From NCBI GenBank assembly GCA_965203805.1, contig OZ241917.1, positions 832,001 through 896,000 of the forward strand: 64,000 nt of DNA, given 5' to 3'. The position numbers and the translations under genes are program-made. The notes below the pieces were generated by a model. That model saw only the letters and a list, made by a program, of their open reading frames with translations, did no database searches and was not told the DNA's origin. Each line of letters opens with the position of its first letter. Position 1 is the first letter of the stretch. Below are positions 45,157-55,301 of this stretch, piece after piece. The DNA comes from Candidatus Latescibacterota bacterium. Lineage in GTDB: Bacteria > Latescibacterota > UBA2968 > GCA-2709665.

Positions 45157-46557
45157 TCAGGATTCCGCATGCGGGACCCTGTCCCGGCTTCCGATGAGAC
45201 CCTGGCGCTTCAGACGGTCCAGGGTGCGATCGAACGCGTGGACAACGTGATCCAGATCTGCTTCGGTATGCACGGATGCCGTTAGTCCGACCAATCCGTT
45301 CAGATCGACGCCTTCCAGTTGCATCGCGGCGCGGAAAGCATCCCGCAATGCCGGATCGGGCCTCTTCAGCCTGCGGTAGTCGTAAGTCCCCCCCATGATC
45401 GCTTCCAGGCTCTGCGCTGCCGGTCCACTTTCGGGCAGGAACTTTACGCCCGAGAAATCACCGTAGACAACCCAGTCCACACCGTGGTCCGCAATGACGC
45501 CGTTGAGGCGTTTGCGCAGGAATTCGCCGTTCCGATTTGCCCGTGCGACATGGGTCCCGTCTTCAATGGCCTTCAGCGTGGCAATTCCGGCTGCGGCGGA
45601 AACGGGATTCGCGTTGAAGGTGCCCTGGTGGGGCATTTTCCGACATGTGTCCCACTCGCGGTCTCCCCGGAACGCCAGCAGGTCCATGATATCCCGCCTG
45701 CCTGCCAGGCAGCCTCCCGGGAGGCCGCCCGCCAGGATTTTCGCCAGCGAGGTGAGATCGGGCTTGACGTTGTAGTGGGCCTGAGCGCCGCCAGGCGCGC
45801 ATCGAAAGCCGGTAATGACTTCGTCGAATATCAGGAGCACGTCGTGCCGCAGGGTAACCCGCCGCAATTCATCCAGAAAACCCGGCCGGTTGGGCACGAC
45901 GCCGAACTGGGCGCCGGTAGGCTCCAGAATGACACAGGCAATGTCGTCATCCCGGTCCAGAATCTCCTCCACCCGATCGATCCGGTTCGGTGGACACAGG
46001 CAAACCGTATCCGCGACTTCGCGAAGAACGCCGGCGGGCACAGGTTCGTCGAAATGCGGCAGCACACCCACGATTAGGTTGTCGTGCCAGCCGTGGAAGT
46101 GGCCGAAGAACTTGAGCACCTTTCGCTTTCCGGTAAACGTCCGGGCAAGTCGGAGCGCCATCAGCGTCGCCTCCGTGCCTGAACTTGTAAATCGGACGCG
46201 TTCGGCGGAAGGAATCAGTTTGAGGACCCATTCGCCCCATTCCACCTCCAGTTCGTGACCCGCGCCATAGTGCGTGCCGCGCGCCACCTGTTCCGAAACG
46301 GCCGCCACCATCTCCGGATAACAGTGACCCAGCATCAGCGCCCCGTGTCCCATCCAGAGGTCCACGTATTCCCGGCCGTCCACGTCCCACTTGCGGCCGG
46401 CCTTGGCGCGACTGGCGTAAACCGGAAATGGCGCATAGTAGCGCAGGTCGTGGGTGACGCCCCCCGGGAAAATCCGTGACGCTCTTTCGTACAGCGCATG
46501 GGAGCGGTCGAGCGTTTCCCGGAACTCCCCGTTTATTCCTTTAATTATTTCATCCAC
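45157..46557 (-). CDS. Class III PLP aminotransferase (glutamate-1-semialdehyde aminomutase-like)
   Basis: SSGTEA, FHGWHD, LIFDEVITGFR, LAKILAGGLP, GTFNANP. Confidence 0.88.
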   Translation of the reverse strand: MDEIIKGINGEFRETLDRSHALYERASRIFPGGVTHDLRYYAPFPVYASRAKAGRKWDVDGREYVDLWMGHGALMLGHCYPEMVAAVSEQVARGTHYGAGHELEVEWGEWVLKLIPSAERVRFTSSGTEATLMALRLARTFTGKRKVLKFFGHFHGWHDNLIVGVLPHFDEPVPAGVLREVADTVCLCPPNRIDRVEEILDRDDDIACVILEPTGAQFGVVPNRPGFLDELRRVTLRHDVLLIFDEVITGFRCAPGGAQAHYNVKPDLTSLAKILAGGLPGGCLAGRRDIMDLLAFRGDREWDTCRKMPHQGTFNANPVSAAAGIATLKAIEDGTHVARANRNGEFLRKRLNGVIADHGVDWVVYGDFSGVKFLPESGPAAQSLEAIMGGTYDYRRLKRPDPALRDAFRAAMQLEGVDLNGLVGLTASVHTEADLDHVVHAFDRTLDRLKRQGLIGSRDRVPHAES

Positions 46558-46679
46558 AGTTATTTATCTCTTTAATTTAATGTGAATATTCAATGGCGTT
46601 CCGACACGATTCACGGACGCTGGCCGCGGATTGGAAAAATAATGAACGGAGAGAAAAAAGCAACCGGCAAAAAACGTTG

Positions 46680-48740
46680 TCAAGCCCGCGCCGGCAACGG
46701 GTAAATAAACGTCCGGTCGGCGTCGACGCCGGAGAGATCCCGGGAAACGTCCGACAGGATCCAGAGATGTCGTTCGGACCCGGCGTGCACAAGATATCCT
46801 CGGGCACGGTCCGGTCCTTCCCACGCCAGCGGATCGACGCGACTCACCGAAGGGTCCGCGTCCCAGTGATGTATAAGCGTGACAAAGGTTGCTTCGCGGG
46901 AAATCCGGCGGCGGATGAGCAGATCGCCGGTCTCCGTCGCGGGTTGGAGGGGCGCTTTTCCAAGGATGATTCGTGTGCCCTTTTCTTCGGGCAGGAATGC
47001 CCCCACCCCGCCCCCTGGCAGGCCCCAGGCCAGGGAAACCACGTCCTCGGGTACGAGTTCAATCGGGTGTCGGGCGTGGGCATATCCGTCGCCGGAAAGC
47101 GCGACGGTTCCGCGACGCGAAAGTCCGGCGTGCCTCCGCCGTTCGTCCGGGTATCTGCACACCCAGTCCAGCTGGCACTCCTGCGGCGCCGTCACGAGGA
47201 ACACATCCCAGAAGTATGAATCCGTCCACAGAATCACCCGGCGCATGGCAACCCCCGAATAGGGGCCTTTCTCCCATGAAACTCCGGCATCGGCCACTTG
47301 GAAGCCGCCCTTGCGTTCTGAATCGAAGTTCACCAGACGCCCTTCCGCCGGAGGCTGAGAGCGTCCGTTGACCGTTACGGTGTTGTGGCTGAGTGTCTGC
47401 CGGTACCAGCTTTCATTCATGCCAACGCCATAACCGGGCGTGCCCAGATCCGTCGCAACCGTATATCCCCGTGCGTAGAACGAAATCGACAGTTTGTCGG
47501 GATGTCCGTGTCCGCCGCCGTGGGGGCCGTACTTCATCAGCAAGCAGCTCTGCCGATGATGGGCGTCCCTGGACCTCAGGATGGCCATTCCGGTCGGCTT
47601 CAGAACGGTGCTGTCAAGGCCGAGCCCGCCATCCGGATCGGGCAGATCCAACCCATAAAGAAGCGCTTCCACGGCCGTTCGGGGATGGCCCGAATAATTG
47701 CGTTGGAGAATCCGGGCGAAATCCGGGTCCCCGTACCACCCGTACGCCACTTCGTAAAAGGACTCCGCCGGCGGCACGCCGTGGCAGACGTCCGACAGCA
47801 AGGATGAAAAATACCAGCAGTCGTTCGTGGCGGGCAGCCTGAAATCGGGAAACGTCAGCGACACCGGCGCACGGAACATCGCCCTCAGCCGGTCGTCGTC
47901 TTGAAGGTCCGTGCCGATGTTCTCTGAAACCTGAACGTGAGCAATCAACGCGGCAAGGGTATAGAAGTGGTAACTGGAGGATCCCTCCCACCACATACCG
48001 TCGTCCAGAACACCTTCCCGCAGCTGGTGTCGGAAGCCGAACCTCTCGTCCAGGGCCGCCTTCTGCAACCCCGCGTCGTCCAGGCAGATCCCAACCGCCG
48101 CGAGTGCGGCATTGTGCCAGCATTCGATATTGTGTATGCGGTGGAATTTCTGGCCCTGTATATGCTCCGCCGCAAGTGTGAGCAGGTTCGTTTCGATCAG
48201 CGTCCGCTCGCGGGCGTTCAGGGTCTCCCGGACCAGGTCGTAGGCTCTTGTAACGGGAATCAACCACACCGCCTCGTCGAGTGAGTGATTCGCCACCTTG
48301 CCCCAGCCGTACGGCAGTTCCCGCTCGATCGGATACCCCGGATAACGCTCAGCGTAGGCCAGCAGGATCTCTCTGCATCTTTTCAGATATACACGGTTCG
48401 CATCCAATCGCCACAGGAGCGCGAGACGGTATGCCATTTCGGACAGTCTGTTATTGACGAACCATCGCCACGCGGAATCGTACGGCTCGCCCGAAAAAAC
48501 ACGCCCGTCCCTCGGACATCGATGGGCGTTCGGCGAATTTGCGTCGAACGCAAGCTCTACGGCGTGGTCCGGACAGAAGTAGTTGTGATAATAACCAGCC
48601 GGGCGGTCCTGAGGCTGCATCTCTTCGGAAAGGAAGGCATTCGCCTCGTTCTCAAGGCGACGGTAGGCATTCAGGAATGCGGGATGGGTCCGCCGTTCCC
48701 TCGCCGTTGCAAGGCGACTGCCGGGTATCAGTCTTGTCAT
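46680..48740 (-). CDS. Heparinase II/III-like / oligoalginate lyase family protein
   Basis: HNIECW, DGMWWEGSSSYHFY, GGGHGHPDKL, TLSHNTV. Confidence 0.85.
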   Translation of the reverse strand: MTRLIPGSRLATARERRTHPAFLNAYRRLENEANAFLSEEMQPQDRPAGYYHNYFCPDHAVELAFDANSPNAHRCPRDGRVFSGEPYDSAWRWFVNNRLSEMAYRLALLWRLDANRVYLKRCREILLAYAERYPGYPIERELPYGWGKVANHSLDEAVWLIPVTRAYDLVRETLNARERTLIETNLLTLAAEHIQGQKFHRIHNIECWHNAALAAVGICLDDAGLQKAALDERFGFRHQLREGVLDDGMWWEGSSSYHFYTLAALIAHVQVSENIGTDLQDDDRLRAMFRAPVSLTFPDFRLPATNDCWYFSSLLSDVCHGVPPAESFYEVAYGWYGDPDFARILQRNYSGHPRTAVEALLYGLDLPDPDGGLGLDSTVLKPTGMAILRSRDAHHRQSCLLMKYGPHGGGHGHPDKLSISFYARGYTVATDLGTPGYGVGMNESWYRQTLSHNTVTVNGRSQPPAEGRLVNFDSERKGGFQVADAGVSWEKGPYSGVAMRRVILWTDSYFWDVFLVTAPQECQLDWVCRYPDERRRHAGLSRRGTVALSGDGYAHARHPIELVPEDVVSLAWGLPGGGVGAFLPEEKGTRIILGKAPLQPATETGDLLIRRRISREATFVTLIHHWDADPSVSRVDPLAWEGPDRARGYLVHAGSERHLWILSDVSRDLSGVDADRTFIYPLPARA

Positions 48741-48908
48741 GTGTGATCCACCCTGACGATGGCCGGTTGTCCGATTGGCTTCCGCACCCTATCTTGGGAA
48801 ACCAGGGCCGGTCGTGCAGCCGAAGACGCTCAGTAAGGCCTACGGCTTCCGGTTTCCGAATTCGACGTGCAATCCATCCGTGCAGTTGCTTTCAACCGCG
48901 GTCATTCC

Positions 48909-49508
48909 ATGGTAGACCCACAACCTGAAATTCTAATACCGGCCACGGAAATACAGAAGAGGGTCCGCCACCTCGGCGCCCGGATATCGTCGGACTTCCG
49001 CTCTGACCACGCCGCCTGTCCGGAGAGCCCGGGAGCGCGGAACCCACGTCACGCAGAAGAGCCACTGCGACCGCTCATCCTGACGGGCGTTTTCAAAGGC
49101 GCCCTTTTCTTTCTTGCCGATCTGGCAAGGGAATTAACCGTTCCAGTCGAGATCGAATGTATGTCGGTGACCAGTTATGGGAAAGCGACGCGGAGTTCCG
49201 GCGTCGTCCGGATCCTGAAGGATCTCGATCAGGACATCTCCGGCGCGGACGTACTCCTCGTGGAAGACATTGTGGATACCGGCCTCACGCTGGAGTACCT
49301 GTTGCGCATTCTGGATACGAGGCGCCCCCGAAGCCTGAAGGTCTGCTGTCTGCTGAATAAATCCGCCCGTCGAATCGCGAATGTGCCCATCGACTATACG
49401 GGATTCTCCATCCCGGACGAGTTTGTCGTGGGCTATGGCCTGGACTACGACCAGCGATACCGAAATCTCCCCCACATCGCGGTGTTGAAGAATCTTGAAA
49501 CGCCGTAG
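48909..49508 (+). CDS. hpt: Hypoxanthine phosphoribosyltransferase
   Basis: VLLVEDIVDTGLTL, FVVGYGLDY..RYRNLP. Confidence 0.93.
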   Translation: MVDPQPEILIPATEIQKRVRHLGARISSDFRSDHAACPESPGARNPRHAEEPLRPLILTGVFKGALFFLADLARELTVPVEIECMSVTSYGKATRSSGVVRILKDLDQDISGADVLLVEDIVDTGLTLEYLLRILDTRRPRSLKVCCLLNKSARRIANVPIDYTGFSIPDEFVVGYGLDYDQRYRNLPHIAVLKNLETP

Positions 49509-49580
49509 CGACGGCTCTCCCCGATGCCCCGGACGGAAACCGTACACGGGTGTCCCTTCCGAGTTGCTTCGCTGCCTGAA

Positions 49581-49612
49581 CGTGGTCATTGCGTGCGTTG
49601 AGCTTGTCGAAG
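49581..49612. repeat. REP-like element (TGAGCTTGTCGAA family) between convergent genes
   Basis: CGTGGTCATTGCGTGCGTTGAGCTTGTCGAAG, related to 13191-13228. Confidence 0.65.
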
Positions 49613-49642
49613 AACCCGAGACGGGCGACTCGTCGGCCGAAT

Positions 49643-50413
49643 TCAGGCAGTCCATTCCGGGGCAGAACACGAGGTCCCGCGATTCTGACCCGGTTCCGCC
49701 AACAGACGATTCACGGACTTGAACAACCCTTCAACCATCCGTTCCGTGAGCCTTCCCGTATTTATATTGTAACGGCTGAAGTGGTAACTGGCAATCAGAA
49801 TCCGGGAATCGCGCTCGAAACGGTAGGTCCTTCCGTGCACAAAACGGTATCCTGCCATCTTCTGGATGATGCCGTCCGCCCGCAGCAGACGCAGCCAGGC
49901 TTCAAACGCGTCTCTACCCATCGCCAGCACAACCCGAATCCGTCTTAAGTGTTCCGTTTCCATTTGCAGCCAGCCCAGGCAAGCGCGTTTCTCGCTGCCG
50001 TGCGGCCTGTTCGCGGGCGGGACGCACTTAACAGCGTTGGTAATGTAGACGTTATTGAGTTTCAAGCCGTCGTTCGGGTGGGTGGATTCGGGCCGATTGC
50101 AGAAACCGTGCCGGTAAAGCGCCCCGTACAGCACCCGCCCGGCCCAGTCGCCTGTAAACGGCCTGCCGGTACGGTTCGCACCGTGGGCCCCCGGCGCAAG
50201 TCCGATGACGAGCAGTTGGCCGGACGCATCGCCGAAACCCGGCACCGGTTTTGCCCAGTAGCCGTCGGCATTCCCCGTCCGGCTTTCCGTGGAAACGAAC
50301 GTGGCGCGGAAGTCAGCCAGCCGTTCGCATCTGCCGCAGTCCGCAATGGGCGTGAAAAGCAACCGTTCCGCGCCCGCCTCGTCCCGCGCGTTGCGCCGCA
50401 ATCCGACGTCCAT
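49643..50413 (-). CDS. Uracil-DNA glycosylase, family 5 (UdgB-like)
   Basis: CGRC, GLAPGAHGANRTGRPFTGD, VKCVPP.N.P, SYHFSRYN; start uncertain. Confidence 0.88.
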   Translation of the reverse strand: MDVGLRRNARDEAGAERLLFTPIADCGRCERLADFRATFVSTESRTGNADGYWAKPVPGFGDASGQLLVIGLAPGAHGANRTGRPFTGDWAGRVLYGALYRHGFCNRPESTHPNDGLKLNNVYITNAVKCVPPANRPHGSEKRACLGWLQMETEHLRRIRVVLAMGRDAFEAWLRLLRADGIIQKMAGYRFVHGRTYRFERDSRILIASYHFSRYNINTGRLTERMVEGLFKSVNRLLAEPGQNRGTSCSAPEWTA

Positions 50414-50461
50414 TGTGCCGCGGTGAACCCCGCGGGCCGGCAGATCTTCCGAGACATCCAT

Positions 50462-50492
50462 AAAAAAGAGGCGGTCCCGTTGGGCCGCCTCT
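50462..50492 (-). terminator. Rho-independent terminator after the glutaredoxin gene
   Basis: AGAGGCGG...CCGCCTCT stem plus T tract. Confidence 0.75.
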
Positions 50493-50532
50493 CCTAATAG
50501 TTCAACTTGAACCCGATTGTTCAGAAGCTGTT

Positions 50533-50895
50533 TCAGCTTCCCGGCCTGTTGCTGAAAAAAACCGCCTGTTGCGACCGGGCCATGGCCTCGTGTTCCTCGT
50601 CGGTACAAGAACTGTCGGTGGGAACATCGGGGTTCGGGCCCGCGGGCCGGTATCCGCTTCGAACCAGATAGGCTTCCAGTTCGTCGCCGCTGATGTCGGC
50701 CAGAATCTGTCCGTTGAAATCCAGGGTCGGCTGCAGCGGTTGCCCGCTCTTCCGCACCATTTCCTCGTAGTTCTCCGGAACGTTGATAATATCCTTGTCT
50801 TCGTATTCGAGTCCGTATTTGGCCAGTACCGCCCGGATGCCCCGGCTCCATCCGCATTGGGGTTTGAGATACGCGGTAATCGTGGGATTACCCAT
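50533..50895 (-). CDS. Monothiol glutaredoxin-like protein
   Basis: YLKPQCGWS, KSGQ..QP. Confidence 0.8.
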   Translation of the reverse strand: MGNPTITAYLKPQCGWSRGIRAVLAKYGLEYEDKDIINVPENYEEMVRKSGQPLQPTLDFNGQILADISGDELEAYLVRSGYRPAGPNPDVPTDSSCTDEEHEAMARSQQAVFFSNRPGS

Positions 50896-51068
50896 TCGAG
50901 ATTCTCCTTTTCATTGAATTAGCCACCGGAACACGATGAATTCCTCTGTCACCTAACATAACGAACTTCACCGTAATTTGCAAGTCCAATCGCCTTTTGT
51001 ACGGACCGTCCGGGTTCTTCCGGGCGCACAGTGCCGAATATTCGTGCCAGCGGTTGACGCCACGCGGG

Positions 51069-51371
51069 TTACTCCGCGGCGTTCACCGCATTGGCGAAAT
51101 CGAGGTCCGCCCGGGTGACGGCGTTTTCGCTATGAGTCGTCACCGTAACCGTCAGGGTCTTCTTCCTGCTGTCAAGATGGATGTCCGAGTGATGGTTGTT
51201 GGCGTCCATGACCTGTGTAAGCGTGCGCACAAAGGCCATCGTCGGGACGAACTTCTGAAATCTCCATATTCGGTGGAGCGCCTTGTTTTCCCGATCGTAT
51301 TCCCACCCCTCCAGAGCCTTCAGGGCTTCCCGGATCTGCTCCTCGGTCACCAGGGTCTTGTCCTCGTTCAT
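51069..51371 (-). CDS. Pterin-4a-carbinolamine dehydratase
   Basis: NHHSDI, TTHS..VT.AD; start trimmed to ATG 51371. Confidence 0.85.
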   Translation of the reverse strand: MNEDKTLVTEEQIREALKALEGWEYDRENKALHRIWRFQKFVPTMAFVRTLTQVMDANNHHSDIHLDSRKKTLTVTVTTHSENAVTRADLDFANAVNAAE

Positions 51372-51518
51372 AACCGCCTCCCTTGAAAATGACAACCCTT
51401 GATATATGTCAGACTGCACCTGCGGCGCGAGTCGACCTGAATGCGTGTGGTCCGTAACCCGTCCCAACGGGACCGGCGTCCGGTTCGGGAGACAATATAC
51501 CAGGAATTCACAGGACGA

Positions 51519-52130
51519 TCAATCCCCGCGGAGGTTCCCGGCAGCTCCCAGCGCCCGCTCATATTCTTCCGGCGTATTGACGTTTAGCAGCGAATCCAGT
51601 TCAGGATCCACATCCCTCAACTCAGGCGCGGACAAGCGGCGGCAGTCACAACGTTCCGCAAGTAACGTGAGCCTGGAAGCGCCGGCATCCAGCATATCCT
51701 GAATCACCGGGAGTACGGACACTCGATAAACGGCGGCAAGCGGGTGCAGACGACCGTCAACGAACGGCATGGTAATCTCGGCTTCGCTTGCCAGATGCGC
51801 AAGGCGCCGAACAAAATCAGGGCGCAGAAACGGCGCGTCGCAACCACAGACGAACGCCGCATCGGCGTGTCGGGAAATGGCTTCAAGACCCGTCGCCAAC
51901 CCCTCCAGAGGCCCCCTGCCCGGCAGCCGATCCCGGATGACGCACACGTCTTCGGAAAGGCTCGGCAGTCGTTGCCCCGGCCCCGAAACCACAATCAGCG
52001 GCTCCAGCGTGCCGGCGAGCACACAGACCACGCGCTGCAGCAGGGTTTCTTCGCCGAAGCGCAGCCAGGCCTTGGGAGATCCCATTCGTCGGCTTTGTCC
52101 GCCGCACAGCACGATGCCGCCGAGTCTCAT
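51519..52130 (-). CDS. mobA: Molybdenum cofactor guanylyltransferase
   Basis: LCGGQSRRMG.PKA, GPLEG, CDAP, NVNTPEE. Confidence 0.9.
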   Translation of the reverse strand: MRLGGIVLCGGQSRRMGSPKAWLRFGEETLLQRVVCVLAGTLEPLIVVSGPGQRLPSLSEDVCVIRDRLPGRGPLEGLATGLEAISRHADAAFVCGCDAPFLRPDFVRRLAHLASEAEITMPFVDGRLHPLAAVYRVSVLPVIQDMLDAGASRLTLLAERCDCRRLSAPELRDVDPELDSLLNVNTPEEYERALGAAGNLRGD

Positions 52131-52231
52131 CTCAGATATCCAGGACGACGAACGCCCGCAGCAGAAGCCACCAGAAGGCGCAGCAACGTGGTCCTGTCGC
52201 TGCCCGGCGTGACGGGCATGACATGCTCCTC

Positions 52232-53176
52232 TCAGTCGTGTTCGCTGTTTGCATAGTGGTTCTGCAGCGGATCCAGGCCGAAGTCGTTCTCCAGGTCGCG
52301 CAGTACGGAGTGAATGTGGTTCGCGTCGTTCTGGGTGTTGTCGTATTCCACCAGATGGGTTGGACCATGGATCCGGTAATAATGCTTCTCCCCGGGTTGT
52401 ATCCCGCCGGCCCAGGCGAAGTGAAGACGGTCCACCCCCGCTTTTCGAATGCGAGCCAGATGAGCTTGCGCAAGGTCCGGCCGGAGGTTCGTTGCGTACA
52501 CCTCCAGAATCCGCATCACCGCTTCTTTCTGCGGCGGCGGCATTTCAGAAACGGGCAGACCCTCCGGATCGCCGATCCGCGCCACCTTGCTGTTTCGAGT
52601 GAGGATATCGCTAGGCGCATCCGCCGCGATCCGGACCGCGTTCTGCAGATCCCCGGGCAGCGCATTCAGAACGCCTCGCGCGAGGTCCTCTTCGTCACGC
52701 AGCACGCGCCAGCCCCGCCGCTCTCCAGAGGGCACACGCGCCGGGTTCGCGCCCCAGAAGGCCGGTGTGGACGCCACCTTTTTATTCTCGCCGACCGAAA
52801 CCGTCAGAGACAGGTGGTGGCCGTCGATTCGCCAGCCCCAGGTTCCGTTTCCCGAAACAAGATCGCCAAACAGCGTCAGAAAGTACCCGTCCGGATCCCT
52901 CCGAAATCGCGACGTCTGCGCCTCGATCTGTCCGAGGATGCCCTCGAGAACCATGATGTCCAGTGCTTTCTGATATCCGGCGTCGCTGAACGCGCATTTC
53001 AACAGACGATGAGCCGCGTCCCGCTGGGCCTGCGTCATTTCCCTGAAAGGCACGCCGTTCCGCTTGACGGGTACGTAGTTCCAGTTGAAACGCTCCTCGT
53101 TTTCGAACGCATACAGAACCCGCTTCCGTTGTTCCGCGGTGAGTTCGTTCATGAAATCCTGAGCTTCGCGCAGCAT
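52232..53176 (-). CDS. DUF3500 domain protein
   Basis: WGWRIDGHHLS, FAWAG, YYRIHGP, EYDNTQNDANHIHSV.RD..NDFG. Confidence 0.88.
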   Translation of the reverse strand: MLREAQDFMNELTAEQRKRVLYAFENEERFNWNYVPVKRNGVPFREMTQAQRDAAHRLLKCAFSDAGYQKALDIMVLEGILGQIEAQTSRFRRDPDGYFLTLFGDLVSGNGTWGWRIDGHHLSLTVSVGENKKVASTPAFWGANPARVPSGERRGWRVLRDEEDLARGVLNALPGDLQNAVRIAADAPSDILTRNSKVARIGDPEGLPVSEMPPPQKEAVMRILEVYATNLRPDLAQAHLARIRKAGVDRLHFAWAGGIQPGEKHYYRIHGPTHLVEYDNTQNDANHIHSVLRDLENDFGLDPLQNHYANSEHD

Positions 53177-53234
53177 GGAACTCCTCCCCGTGAGGGTGCC
53201 TGTGGTAAAGAGTCGGTTTTCGCGATTGAAGCCG

Positions 53235-55301
53235 TCAGTTGGACGAATCGCGCACCGATGCCCGGAATTCCGCGACGGCCAACTGTTTATTCGTCGTTTC
53301 GCCCGCCTTGAGCGCCACGAGGATAGGGGCGGGGGACGAACTCTCTGCAAGCGACGAATCCGTTTGTACGCCCGTCGCCGTGTCCACCAGTACCTCGTAG
53401 ACGCCGTCGGGCTTCCAGAAATCCCGAGAGGGACGCCCCGCCGTCGCGCCTGCCATAAACGCCGTCCAGATCGGCACGGCGTCGCGCCCGCCGGTGATCC
53501 GGGGATGTCTGCCGGTTTTCCGGTCGAAACCGACCCAGACACTGGCCACCAGTCCGGGCGTAAAGCCGGTAAACCAGGCGTCCGCATGGTCATTTGTCGT
53601 GCCTGTCTTCCCCGCCGCCGGCCGGAGAAATCCCCGTGACCTTACGCCGCGGCCGGTACCTCGATGGATGACGTTTTGAAGCATTCGAATCATGACATAG
53701 GCATCGGCGGCATCGATGACGGGAACGGGTTGCACGCGGTGCGAGTACACGACTCGACCCTCTGAATCTTCAATCCGCCGCACAAAAGCGGGCGCCACCC
53801 GGACCCCGTAGTTGGCGATGGTGGCATAGGTCGCAGCCAACTCCAGCGGCGAAACCTCGCTTGCGCCAAGCGCGACGCTCGGATAGGGCTCCATCGAACG
53901 CCGAATGCCGAGGCGCGTCCCCATTTCCACCACCCGCTCGGGACCGATCCGATCCATAATCTGCACGCTGACGGAGTTTGCGGAATTCGTCAGCGCCCAC
54001 GCCGCAGTCGTCAGGCCCAGATACCGATCCCTGTAATTTCCGGGGGACCACGGCTTCCCGTTCACTGTATAGGTCCGGCGTTCATCCACAAACAACGACA
54101 CGGGCGATATCGCGCCCGCCGCCAGCGCTGCCAGAAACACGACCGGCTTGAATCCCGATCCCGGCTGCCGCCGGGCGGTCGTTGCCCGATTGTAGTGGCT
54201 GATGAAGATGTCACGGCCGCCAACCAATGCCCGCACGTATCCCGTTGCCGGTTCCATGCTGACAAGCGCAGACTGGATATATCCCGCCCTGCCCGCTTTG
54301 CCGGCGCGCTCGTACGGACCAAATCCAAGCCGCGCGTCCACCTCCGCAAGCCCCTTCCCCACAGCCTTTTCCGCGGCTTTCTGCATGTGAAAATCCAACG
54401 TCGTATGGATGTTCAATGCACCAAAGCTGAGCGCGGACCGGCCCCATTGACGTACCACCTGCTCTTTGATGATCTCGACGAAATACGGCGTTCGGTTCCG
54501 GTCGCGGACTCGCGTCGCCAGTACCGGTGACTGGGCGAGAGCACCTTGCAGCGTGTCCGCATCCAGGTAGCCCGCCGCATGCATGCGCCTCAGAACGTGT
54601 GCGGTACGCGCGGCGGCCTGCCGCCCGCCGTCCCGGAATGGATTCAACGCGCCGGGCGAGTTCGGCAACCCGGCCAGCATGGCCGCCTCCACCAGACTCA
54701 GGTCGGCGGCGGCCTTTCCGAAAAACGTCCGCGCCGCATCCTCCACGCCATAGGCGTTGGTACCGAAGAAGCTTCCGTTGATGTAGATTTCCAGCAGTCG
54801 GTCTTTGGCCGCCTTTCCGTACAACCTGGAAAACATCGCTTCCAGTTGCATGGCCAGCAGCAACTCCCTCGCCTTCCGAAGATAAGTCTTCTCGCGCGTC
54901 AGGAACACGTTCTTGACGATCTGCTGGGTAATCGTGCTTCCGCCCCTGACTTTTCGGAAGTGCGTCAGGTTTGCCAAAAATGCGCCCACGATACCCTTCA
55001 GGCTGATTCCACGGTGTTCGTAAAACGATTCGTCTTCGGTCGCGACCACCGCCTTGATAAACCAGGGACTCACCTGGTCCAGCCGTACGTGCCTAACCCG
55101 ACGGTTGAACGTAAACAACAGCTCCCCGGAGTCCGCGTAGATATTCACGCCAGCCTGGCTTCGCAACGCGTCGGGGTCGGGTGGAATCCGTGGAAGCGTC
55201 GTCACCAGCCACACGAAGCCGAGGCCCGCGAGGAGAACGGCGTCGACTCCCATAATGAAACCCGTCCGTGTCCAGTCGTTCCGAAGTGAAGCACGGAACA
55301 T
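53235..55301 (-). CDS. Class A penicillin-binding protein (PBP1A family)
   Basis: EDESFYEH.G, GGSTITQQ, RQPGSGFKP, SAN, GKTGT. Confidence 0.93.
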   Translation of the reverse strand: MFRASLRNDWTRTGFIMGVDAVLLAGLGFVWLVTTLPRIPPDPDALRSQAGVNIYADSGELLFTFNRRVRHVRLDQVSPWFIKAVVATEDESFYEHRGISLKGIVGAFLANLTHFRKVRGGSTITQQIVKNVFLTREKTYLRKARELLLAMQLEAMFSRLYGKAAKDRLLEIYINGSFFGTNAYGVEDAARTFFGKAAADLSLVEAAMLAGLPNSPGALNPFRDGGRQAAARTAHVLRRMHAAGYLDADTLQGALAQSPVLATRVRDRNRTPYFVEIIKEQVVRQWGRSALSFGALNIHTTLDFHMQKAAEKAVGKGLAEVDARLGFGPYERAGKAGRAGYIQSALVSMEPATGYVRALVGGRDIFISHYNRATTARRQPGSGFKPVVFLAALAAGAISPVSLFVDERRTYTVNGKPWSPGNYRDRYLGLTTAAWALTNSANSVSVQIMDRIGPERVVEMGTRLGIRRSMEPYPSVALGASEVSPLELAATYATIANYGVRVAPAFVRRIEDSEGRVVYSHRVQPVPVIDAADAYVMIRMLQNVIHRGTGRGVRSRGFLRPAAGKTGTTNDHADAWFTGFTPGLVASVWVGFDRKTGRHPRITGGRDAVPIWTAFMAGATAGRPSRDFWKPDGVYEVLVDTATGVQTDSSLAESSSPAPILVALKAGETTNKQLAVAEFRASVRDSSN

